Virus record (IMG/VR): IMGVR_UViG_3300017780_003951
Span: 1 to 40,857 of that record
DNA: 40,857 bases
Source of the DNA: a virus
Lineage: Duplodnaviria; Caudoviricetes
Direction: 5' to 3' (one strand)
The notes under the pieces were generated by a model. It saw only the letters and a program-made list of their open reading frames with translations, was not told where the DNA came from and searched no databases. Made by a program: the position numbers and the translations under genes. How positions within the stretch are numbered: position 1 is the stretch's first letter; every line of letters begins with the position of its first letter. This document shows positions 16,599 through 24,197 of the stretch, in pieces.

Positions 16599-16696
16599 TC
16601 TTGCTACTAACTCACAAATATACACAATACCATTTTCAACTATCTAATTTAGGTATTGCGTAAAAATAAATATTAACAATTAAATAAATAGAAATT

Positions 16697-16894
16697 ATGA
16701 AAACACACACAATTGACCAAGAAGCATTAAGAGAATGGCAACAAGAAGAAAAAGTAATTTTTGCAAGTAGCACAAAAGAAGACAAACAATTGCATTGTAC
16801 TTTAAGAGGCAGTTATGAGGTTTGGCATAAAAAAGAAATAGTTTTAGAAACTATGCAGGCAGGAAAAGCAGTTGAAAAATACAACTCAATATAA
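16697..16894 (+). CDS. Hypothetical protein, 65 aa (outside the array)
   Basis: ORF track; last plus-strand gene. Confidence 0.75.
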   Translation: MKTHTIDQEALREWQQEEKVIFASSTKEDKQLHCTLRGSYEVWHKKEIVLETMQAGKAVEKYNSI

Positions 16895-16896
16895 CA

Positions 16897-16930
16897 TAAA
16901 AAAACCCTAACATTACGCTAGGGTTTTTTT
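16897..16930. terminator. Bidirectional terminator between convergent blocks
   Basis: AAAAAAACCCTA-ACATTACGC-TAGGGTTTTTTT. Confidence 0.8.
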
Positions 16931-17316
16931 ATATAATTCACAATCATAACAATTACAAACATGATTATTAAAAGCCAAAATAGCTTTGTAGAAAGACTTT
17001 CTATTAGTTGCGTGTAGTCTTTTTCTTTTTCTTTAACTTCTTGCTTTAAATCGGTGTTTTTGGAAGTACTGTCTTTATAAATGATCCTTTCACTTGTATT
17101 GGTAAAAGTTGCCTTTGTATTATAATATTCTTTGCCGTTTATTAAAATTGGTTTTTCTAAATTAATAGGCTCTAAACTCCAGCCTTCTGAAAATTTAGTA
17201 GCATCTATATTTACAATTGAAGTGCTGTCTGTTTTTAATTCCGTTTCTGTATTGGTTTTTTTAACCGTTGCACACTCGATAAAAAATAAAGGGATTATTA
17301 AAATAAGTTTTTTCAT
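16918..17316 (-). CDS. Putative lipoprotein with C-terminal TM helix (unimolecular-spanin-like topology)
   Basis: MKKLILIIPLFFIE-C (atypical lipobox); C-terminal LFWLLIIMFVIVMIV; follows endolysin. Confidence 0.6.
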   Translation of the reverse strand: MKKLILIIPLFFIECATVKKTNTETELKTDSTSIVNIDATKFSEGWSLEPINLEKPILINGKEYYNTKATFTNTSERIIYKDSTSKNTDLKQEVKEKEKDYTQLIESLSTKLFWLLIIMFVIVMIVNYIKKP

Positions 17317-17385
17317 TGTTTTTTACCAAAGATAAGAAATAAGTTGTATATTTGATTTTCATAATTAGTTTTTTTTTAGTTAATT

Positions 17386-17419
17386 AAATCCGTAGTATTA
17401 TTTATTACGGATTTTTTTT
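17386..17419 (+). terminator. Hairpin with T-run
   Basis: AAATCCGTA...TACGGATTTTTTTT. Confidence 0.55.
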
Positions 17420-17478
17420 GTATATTAGCTATTATCTTTGTAACGCATATGAATAAATTGTTTGTTCCACGACAAACA

Positions 17479-17511
17479 AAAAACCCCTACTCAAACGAAT
17501 AGGGGTTTTTT
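17479..17511. terminator. Terminator after endolysin (bidirectional shape)
   Basis: AAAAACCCCTA-CTCAAACGAA-TAGGGGTTTTTT. Confidence 0.75.
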
Positions 17512-17512
17512 A

Positions 17513-17956
17513 TTATTCAACGTGTGCAAATATGGCTACACTTTTATTTCTTTTTCGCCTCATTACTTGACCACCATTCGAGTCGTTACCTACTGCAGTA
17601 TTTCCTTCAATTGTTTCAAATTCATTATCACTTAACCACTTTACGAAAATTCCCGTGTGGTCGTAACGTCCGTCTTTATTCCAGTCAAAAAAAACAATGT
17701 CACCAGCAATTGGTTTAGTTGTGATTTGGTTATTCTTTTTAAAGTACGCTACTGCTGTTTGACATCCTGCAAATCCTTTTGTAAATCCTATTTTTGGAAG
17801 CGGAAAGCCTGCGGTTGAATAAACCCAACTCACAAACATTCCGCACCATGCTACGCCGTCAAAACCAAACCATTTACCGTATTTTGTTTTATTTGAATTA
17901 ATTGGTTTTTCTACTTGTCCGATTTCTTTTTCTGCAATTCTTATAATTTCATTCAT
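17513..17956 (-). CDS. CHAP-domain endolysin
   Basis: AWCGMFVSW (Cys), GDIVFFDW, HTGI (His), TIEGN. Confidence 0.88.
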   Translation of the reverse strand: MNEIIRIAEKEIGQVEKPINSNKTKYGKWFGFDGVAWCGMFVSWVYSTAGFPLPKIGFTKGFAGCQTAVAYFKKNNQITTKPIAGDIVFFDWNKDGRYDHTGIFVKWLSDNEFETIEGNTAVGNDSNGGQVMRRKRNKSVAIFAHVE

Positions 17957-17975
17957 TTTTTATTTTTTTTCAAGT

Positions 17976-18437
17976 TTATAAACACGTACTATTTTCGTCA
18001 ATTTTCTTCATTAGTTTTTCTATTGTAAACACTATTAAATTTCCTATTTTCTCCAATAGCATACTTATAAAATCATTCGACTTATATTCTTTCATATCAT
18101 AAATACTTCTACAATTATAAACAACAGACAAGCCTTCGTTTAATATCATTATCTTCATAACAACAGATACGGCAACTTTAAATTCCTCAAATCCTAATCC
18201 TTTAGCCATTAAAGCCAAAGCCATGATAATGATTAAAAGAACCGATTTTTTAAGCAAACCAACCGATAAAACGGATTTTTTAAAAGTCATTTCGGGAAGT
18301 GTAGCCGATTTTATGGCACCTGTAACCATATCAAAAGCAATAAGTATAATCAAACACTTTGCAATATAGCCATCTATCTGCAAACTAACAAAATACCCAT
18401 AACAACAGGCTTTAATTTCATTTATATATTTCTCCAT
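17976..18437 (-). CDS. Holin
   Basis: Hydrophobic segments, DMVTGAIK...GLLKK...NEGLSVVYN pattern; next to endolysin. Confidence 0.75.
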   Translation of the reverse strand: MEKYINEIKACCYGYFVSLQIDGYIAKCLIILIAFDMVTGAIKSATLPEMTFKKSVLSVGLLKKSVLLIIIMALALMAKGLGFEEFKVAVSVVMKIMILNEGLSVVYNCRSIYDMKEYKSNDFISMLLEKIGNLIVFTIEKLMKKIDENSTCL

Positions 18438-18832
18438 GTCGCTACAAATAAAAGGCCAATAACAGACAGAATACTATAATTCACTAATCCTGAGTAAGTA
18501 CTCCAACAAACAGGAAACAATAAAAAAGTAATGTTTAAGAAGTAGTACAAAGCAAGAAATATCACAATTAACTTTTGACGTTTGCAAAACCTTAATCTTT
18601 CAGAATGGTAATTTATAGCCACAAAAATAATAAATAAAGAAATGTTGCAAAGCAATGGATAAATAAACTCTACGTAACTTTGGGGAGTTGTGTAGTCTTG
18701 AATTTTCATAGAAAATAATTCTATAATAATCAATGCAAAAAATGCGTAAAGTTTTGATTGTTTTTTAATTTTTTCGTTTACTGCCTTTGCTATTCTGCAA
18801 ACTGTACAGGTTCCTTTTGGATTTGCTGCCAT
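18422..18832 (-). CDS. Multi-pass membrane protein
   Basis: About four hydrophobic segments; overlaps holin start. Confidence 0.65.
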   Translation of the reverse strand: MAANPKGTCTVCRIAKAVNEKIKKQSKLYAFFALIIIELFSMKIQDYTTPQSYVEFIYPLLCNISLFIIFVAINYHSERLRFCKRQKLIVIFLALYYFLNITFLLFPVCWSTYSGLVNYSILSVIGLLFVATWRNI

Positions 18833-18836
18833 ACTT

Positions 18837-19292
18837 CTATTTATTTAATTGTGTTAGTGGATAAAATGGTTTTATAATAATTAAGCCTATTAATCGGCTG
18901 TATGCTGAAATAAAATCGACTTGTAATGTTCTCATGTCTTTTACGTATTGCAAATCTAATTTAAAAGATTCTTTTAACCAGTTCAAATAAGATAAATTAG
19001 AAATATGAATATATCCAAAGTCATGGTTTCCTGCAGGCGCATCGTATTGAAAAATAGTATCTCGATCCCTTACAATTGTTGCGCCGTCATAACTATAAAT
19101 GTTAGGGTAGTTTTTGAAAGCGTCGAAAGATTCCATCCACCTTTCCATGTCCTTAACTCCGAAATCATTTAGCACCATTATTAAATGCTGTCTTTTAATT
19201 GCGAGTATTTCTCTTGGCTGTAAAAAGAACTCGCTTTTAGAATGCTTATATAGATAAAAAGCGTATGCGAAAATTAATAAAGTTATAATCAT
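18837..19292 (-). CDS. Hypothetical protein with YDGAT...HDFGY motif (DUF1353-like)
   Basis: Motif recognition only. Confidence 0.6.
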   Translation of the reverse strand: MIITLLIFAYAFYLYKHSKSEFFLQPREILAIKRQHLIMVLNDFGVKDMERWMESFDAFKNYPNIYSYDGATIVRDRDTIFQYDAPAGNHDFGYIHISNLSYLNWLKESFKLDLQYVKDMRTLQVDFISAYSRLIGLIIIKPFYPLTQLNK

Positions 19293-20089
19293 AGTGAGTC
19301 GAATTGAGTTTTTAAATCATAAAATCCTTGTAAATCTGTAATTAAATGTAAATCCTGCAATAGCAAAAAACCTGCATCTAATTTTTCAAACTGCATTAAA
19401 TCTAAACGTGTTAGTGATGTAATTCTAAACACTTCACTTAATGCTGTTAATTCTTCGTATAAGAAACTGCCTAAAGCAAATTTTGTTAATACAATGTAGC
19501 AGAATAATTGCATCCGTGTTAATCCTGTTGTAGGGATTTCTACTCCATTAATTGAATTTAGATAAGCAATTGTTTCATTTAATTTTTCCCCTGCAAAATC
19601 TATTTCACATTCAACATAATACATTGAATTGAAAAGTGTTTGATTTGTAATTTTTCCCGTAGCTAAATACGTTTCTGCAAGTAATTTTTTTCTTGGATAA
19701 ACAATTTCTTTTAAATCGTTCAAATCTTTATCCGTCAAATAATCGAATTTAGAAGCTTCTTTTCCTATTGCTCTACGCAAAGCAGAGCGATTTAATTTAG
19801 CTGATTCTGCGCTTATTTTTTCAAGATATTTCTGGAATTTTCTTGCGTTTTCCGCTTCAATTTCTTCCGCTGTAAAGTCAATTACTTCTTTTGTGACAAT
19901 GTCGTTTACTAGTACGTATTCCGAACTTAAACGCTGTAAGTTTGTTGTTGTTGGAATAACCACCTCACGCCAGCCGTGTGCATAATGATTGGTACTTTGC
20001 GAATAGTTGTGAATTTCAAAACCGTCCACCACCCAAACATTAGGGATTTCATTATAAACTATCTGTATATTTTTTAAATTTGCTATCAT
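19289..20089 (-). CDS. Hypothetical tail-module protein (possible fibre chaperone)
   Basis: Follows LamG gene; position-based. Confidence 0.6.
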   Translation of the reverse strand: MIANLKNIQIVYNEIPNVWVVDGFEIHNYSQSTNHYAHGWREVVIPTTTNLQRLSSEYVLVNDIVTKEVIDFTAEEIEAENARKFQKYLEKISAESAKLNRSALRRAIGKEASKFDYLTDKDLNDLKEIVYPRKKLLAETYLATGKITNQTLFNSMYYVECEIDFAGEKLNETIAYLNSINGVEIPTTGLTRMQLFCYIVLTKFALGSFLYEELTALSEVFRITSLTRLDLMQFEKLDAGFLLLQDLHLITDLQGFYDLKTQFDSL

Positions 20090-20093
20090 AATT

Positions 20094-20834
20094 TTAAATT
20101 AAAGTTTGACCTAAAAGTCCCTTGTTGTAAGCTTCTAAAACTTCACTTGCACTCCAAACCCTGTTTTTATAAATATACGCTTCGTCAATAAATCCTTTGT
20201 GCTTGTTACCGTTAGCTATATTGTAGTTAGCGTTTCCAAAATTAGCGTTAAGCGTATTGTTTCCCATAGTTACGTAAGTTCCGCCTTGTTGTTTAGTAGT
20301 TGTTATTTCCAAGCCGTTTATGTATATTTTTTCGTTTCCTATTCCGTTGTCCGTATAACAAATGTGATACCACGTATTAATGACAAAAGGATTTGAAGCG
20401 CTGTATATGTATCGGAACGCACCAAGATTATTATCTTGGTATTTTAAGAAATAAAGCGAACCGTTAAAAGCAAATCTGTAACCTGAATAAGGCGGATTGT
20501 CTGCGCTTGATTTAGTGAAAAAATTACTTATAACGTTTAAAGAATGAAATCTCACCCACATTGAGACTGTAAAAATTGTATCTACAGTTCCGTTTGAAAA
20601 ATTAAAATCAGTCGTATGTGGAACAGTAACACAATTTAGATTAATATCATTTACGAAATCAATTGCATTTCCAACCTTACCTGTTGAAAAAGTCGGTGAA
20701 CCTACAATTGTACCGTTGTGATTTTTACCGCTAAAATCATTTGCATCACTATTAAACCTATAATAGCCTACTAAATCAGCTAAATAAGGACTAACGGCTC
20801 CACCAATCGGAGAAAAAAACATTTTCTTACTCAT
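20094..20834 (-). CDS. LamG/concanavalin A-like domain protein (candidate receptor-binding)
   Basis: LVGYYRFN..ANDFSG..HNGT, FTVSMWV, WYHICYT, KIYING, GFIDEAYIY. Confidence 0.85.
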   Translation of the reverse strand: MSKKMFFSPIGGAVSPYLADLVGYYRFNSDANDFSGKNHNGTIVGSPTFSTGKVGNAIDFVNDINLNCVTVPHTTDFNFSNGTVDTIFTVSMWVRFHSLNVISNFFTKSSADNPPYSGYRFAFNGSLYFLKYQDNNLGAFRYIYSASNPFVINTWYHICYTDNGIGNEKIYINGLEITTTKQQGGTYVTMGNNTLNANFGNANYNIANGNKHKGFIDEAYIYKNRVWSASEVLEAYNKGLLGQTLI

Positions 20835-20836
20835 AA

Positions 20837-21490
20837 TTAAGTCGGTTGTACGATTTGAACTTTTCTATCCGTTCCAAGTGTTTGCACAGTAATAGTATTT
20901 AAAGGCGAAGTTCCTATATAAGAACCCGTAATGAAACCAGTCCAACCAGCTGGATATGTAAGTGAAAAATTACCATTTACTTGCAAGTTTATAGTTTTAG
21001 TTTTTCCACTTGCTGGTAAATTACTTTCAGTTAAGGTTGTATTTCCTGTAAGTGTTAATCTCCAAACATCGCCAGCAGAATAATCAATATTATAAGTGCC
21101 GGATACCGATGCGTTTGTTATGATAGTTTCGTTTTTAGGAACAAATAACTTATTATCTGCTCCTAGTTGTAAAGCGTTATCTGCATCAGAACTTATATAG
21201 CTTGAAGCTGTTGGAATAATGCCGTTTGTATCTATTCCTGTATAACCTAACTCGGTTAAACGATTTTCTAAATCTGTGAAATTAGTAAATAATTCGGCAG
21301 TTCCTAAATAATCAAAAACAGAAATTTCTAAAACATCATACTCTCTTTTTTTTGCTCCATAAGCCTCAACAAGAAAAGCTTTGTTTAGTTCTTGTTTAAA
21401 GCTAAAACGACCTAAAAAGAATTCACCGTCTATGCTATCAGCGTGTTTAAAACTTCCACTTTCTAGTTTTCTAATTTGTAAAGTACTCAT
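20837..21490 (-). CDS. Putative tail tip/fibre protein
   Basis: SSDADNALQLGADNKLFVP and LTLTGNTTL motifs; position. Confidence 0.65.
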   Translation of the reverse strand: MSTLQIRKLESGSFKHADSIDGEFFLGRFSFKQELNKAFLVEAYGAKKREYDVLEISVFDYLGTAELFTNFTDLENRLTELGYTGIDTNGIIPTASSYISSDADNALQLGADNKLFVPKNETIITNASVSGTYNIDYSAGDVWRLTLTGNTTLTESNLPASGKTKTINLQVNGNFSLTYPAGWTGFITGSYIGTSPLNTITVQTLGTDRKVQIVQPT

Positions 21491-21491
21491 C

Positions 21492-22574
21492 TTAAAAAGC
21501 TTTTGATTTTCTTGAAATCTTAATATTCCTTCTGCCTATTGTAACCGTTCCTGAATCTACTCTAGCATATAACTTACCACCGTTAGTTAAAAAAGTGCCT
21601 AATGTATGATAATCCAATGGAATACTTTGATCATAAGGAGCGTTCCCAATTGTTTGAATGAAACCTGTAAAAGCTTTATTTGTTCCTGCAGCCCCTCCAC
21701 TAATATCAATAATTAATTCAATTGCATTCGGCGAGCCTGTTTTGGCCGTTATAGTAACATCAAGTTTACCATCGTAGTCGTCGCCTACAGAAATAGGTGT
21801 TATTTTACTGCCTACCCATAATTGAGAAGTGCCTCTAATTTCTAAAGGTAAATAATCGCTAACATTTGCTCCTAATGCATCGATTGAAATCTGCGTGTAA
21901 GTTGTTCCTATTGTAATTGTTGGAGTTACTAAGCTATCGACATAATACGCCCAGCCAGTTGTTGGGTTTTTAAAATAATCAACTGGTAAGCTGTACGGCG
22001 TTGGAATACCTAAAAATCTATTGTCTACCTCTACTTTAAAACCTGAAAAACCTAATATGTAATTAGGTTCTGGTACGCCAAAACCACCATTGCTTATCTC
22101 AAAAGTAAAATTCACATCACTTGGAGTTGGTACACTGTAGCTAAAACCGAATGTATAGTGTTTTCTTAAAGTCAATGTTCTAATATCTATCTCTTTTTCA
22201 AAAGTGTCTAATAATGTTACGCCGTAAAATACGTTTACCTTAAAAGTAACTAATTGAACAGTATCAAATTCTGTATGAATAGGATATAGAGAAAACTGAA
22301 ATAGATTTTGTTGGCTTGTAATTGCTGTATATTTCAAAGCATCGCCTAAATTAAAAGCCACACTAGAACCTGTGAAAAAATCTATATTTCCACTATTGTA
22401 TATAAATGTTTTGGAATATTTCGAAAAATCTAACTCATCAGAATAACTATCTATATCGTAAGTTCCGTCTCCAACAAAAGAAACGGTCGGCGTTGTGTTT
22501 AATAAAGAGTCAACGCTTAAAATATTATCAGAATATTTATTGCTAAAATTTGTTATTTGTATTAATTGTGACAT
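21492..22574 (-). CDS. Putative tail structural protein
   Basis: Thr/Gly-rich composition; position. Confidence 0.65.
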   Translation of the reverse strand: MSQLIQITNFSNKYSDNILSVDSLLNTTPTVSFVGDGTYDIDSYSDELDFSKYSKTFIYNSGNIDFFTGSSVAFNLGDALKYTAITSQQNLFQFSLYPIHTEFDTVQLVTFKVNVFYGVTLLDTFEKEIDIRTLTLRKHYTFGFSYSVPTPSDVNFTFEISNGGFGVPEPNYILGFSGFKVEVDNRFLGIPTPYSLPVDYFKNPTTGWAYYVDSLVTPTITIGTTYTQISIDALGANVSDYLPLEIRGTSQLWVGSKITPISVGDDYDGKLDVTITAKTGSPNAIELIIDISGGAAGTNKAFTGFIQTIGNAPYDQSIPLDYHTLGTFLTNGGKLYARVDSGTVTIGRRNIKISRKSKAF

Positions 22575-22580
22575 ATTTTT

Positions 22581-23057
22581 TTAATTTTCTGTTAAATATT
22601 CAATGTTTAAATAAACCACTCCAAACGCTCCTAATGTTTCAACACATAGTTTGTTATCTTCAAGATATAGTTTTACGGGGTCGCCCGACACTGTTGCGCA
22701 TAATGTAGGTGCGCCACCTATACCATCAATTGCAAAGTTTGGAAAATACTCACTATTTACAATTTCGAAAAAGTTTGAAACTTCTCCCGCGATTATAGCG
22801 GTTGAATTATTTATTAAATTACCTTTTATTGTAACTTTTCGCCCTTGTTTACAAAAGAAAACGTTATATTGTAAATTAGGATTTGAAGCGTTTTCTGTCG
22901 TTATGCTATTTACTAGATGCGTTTCGTTTATTACAGTTCCGTAAGAATTAGCTAATAAAGCATCTTCTACGTCTGCGTGTTCTGTTTTATCTATTAAAGC
23001 TGGATTACTTCTAATTAAAGAAGTAATTAATCCTTGTATTACTGATTTAATTGCCAT
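22581..23057 (-). CDS. Putative tail protein
   Basis: Position; operon packing. Confidence 0.6.
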   Translation of the reverse strand: MAIKSVIQGLITSLIRSNPALIDKTEHADVEDALLANSYGTVINETHLVNSITTENASNPNLQYNVFFCKQGRKVTIKGNLINNSTAIIAGEVSNFFEIVNSEYFPNFAIDGIGGAPTLCATVSGDPVKLYLEDNKLCVETLGAFGVVYLNIEYLTEN

Positions 23058-23060
23058 AGT

Positions 23061-24197
23061 TTAGTTTGTAAAATATTGTGAATTATTATATTGCGTGTTG
23101 TTATAATGTCCTTCTTGTATGCTGAAATTCCAAGTACTTGAATTTGCTGTAAAAGTTTGTCCTAAAACGCTTGTAGCCTCAAATAAAACGTAATACTCTC
23201 CAGTTTCTAATGTGGGTAAATCGAAGAAAAAAGTATTGTTTAAAACCAATGGGATAATGTTTTCTAATAAAGAACCGTTAAAATATAACTGAACATTATT
23301 AACAGATTGTAAATCGTAATTAAAACCTGCTTGCGCTTCAATAGGTAAAGCTGATAAAGCGTAATTTCCTAAAGGATTGTAAAAACCAACAAAAGGAGGC
23401 GCTATTTGATAATCTGCAATGTAAGTATCATTAGCTTCAAATTGACCCTTAAAAGTACTAGAAAACTGATTCGCCATACCTTGCCTTTCGTCGCTTTGCA
23501 CATTTTCGCTAACCTTAAATCTTACGCCGTTTAAATAAACAACGTCGCTATTTAACGCAACCATTAAACGATCAATTGTAAAAGTATCTATATCTTCTAT
23601 AACGTAAGAATATTCTAAGGCCTGAGTTGTACGACTTCTTCTAATGTCGCCATTTGTCAAAGTAGTAATTTTAGTATTTTCCTTAGTGCTTGGTAAATTA
23701 TAAAACGCTTTTATTTCAATAGATTGGTAATAATTTGCCCTATCGTAGCTAACCCCTTGGTAATAAGAATAGTTTTTATAATCTAATCTAATTGTTTGAA
23801 CATTATCAGTTACTAAAATCGGATTACTCCATAATGTTAAATCGCTTCCTGTGTGTTTGAATCTTAGAAATAAGTTTTTGTTGTAAAAATCTGTTTTAAT
23901 TGGTGCAATTTCAAAAGCTATTTGATAAATTCCGTTAATGTCTTGGAACTCATTAATATAAATTTTATTAGTAATATCTAACATTGCGTTATCCGCACAA
24001 TCCACCAATTCAACTATATAACTGTCGTCAAAGGCAATGTTAGTTAAACTATTACTAATTTGTAAAAACTTATTTGTTGGAGAAATAACAATAGTGTCTT
24101 TGTAAATGTATTGACTGCTCACCATCATTTCGCCCTTAGCTACTGAAAAATCAGTAACTAAACGCAAAAAAGACTTGTCTAATGTATCTATATTCAT
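23061..24197 (-). CDS. Putative minor tail protein
   Basis: Position downstream of tape measure. Confidence 0.65.
   Translation of the reverse strand: MNIDTLDKSFLRLVTDFSVAKGEMMVSSQYIYKDTIVISPTNKFLQISNSLTNIAFDDSYIVELVDCADNAMLDITNKIYINEFQDINGIYQIAFEIAPIKTDFYNKNLFLRFKHTGSDLTLWSNPILVTDNVQTIRLDYKNYSYYQGVSYDRANYYQSIEIKAFYNLPSTKENTKITTLTNGDIRRSRTTQALEYSYVIEDIDTFTIDRLMVALNSDVVYLNGVRFKVSENVQSDERQGMANQFSSTFKGQFEANDTYIADYQIAPPFVGFYNPLGNYALSALPIEAQAGFNYDLQSVNNVQLYFNGSLLENIIPLVLNNTFFFDLPTLETGEYYVLFEATSVLGQTFTANSSTWNFSIQEGHYNNTQYNNSQYFTN

Larger units (their letters stand above)
12580..16611. mobile_element. Integron-like gene cassette array (8 cassettes, no integrase nearby)
   Basis: Nine CTAAC cores and eight GTTAG-type cores alternate; each gene has a private inverted repeat; six 128-131 bp hairpin spacers. 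Mobility is inferred. Confidence 0.8.

Noticed and set aside
12580-16611. Array spacers as CRISPR repeats or plain terminators
   Set aside because: Not sequence-identical, separated by whole genes, no cas genes, long loops without U-tracts, and terminators would not explain gene-specific flanking inverted repeats.
16905-16925. CCCTAAC...GCTAGGG as a tenth array core
   Set aside because: No T at -11, no matching start upstream of gene 16697; explained as the bidirectional terminator.
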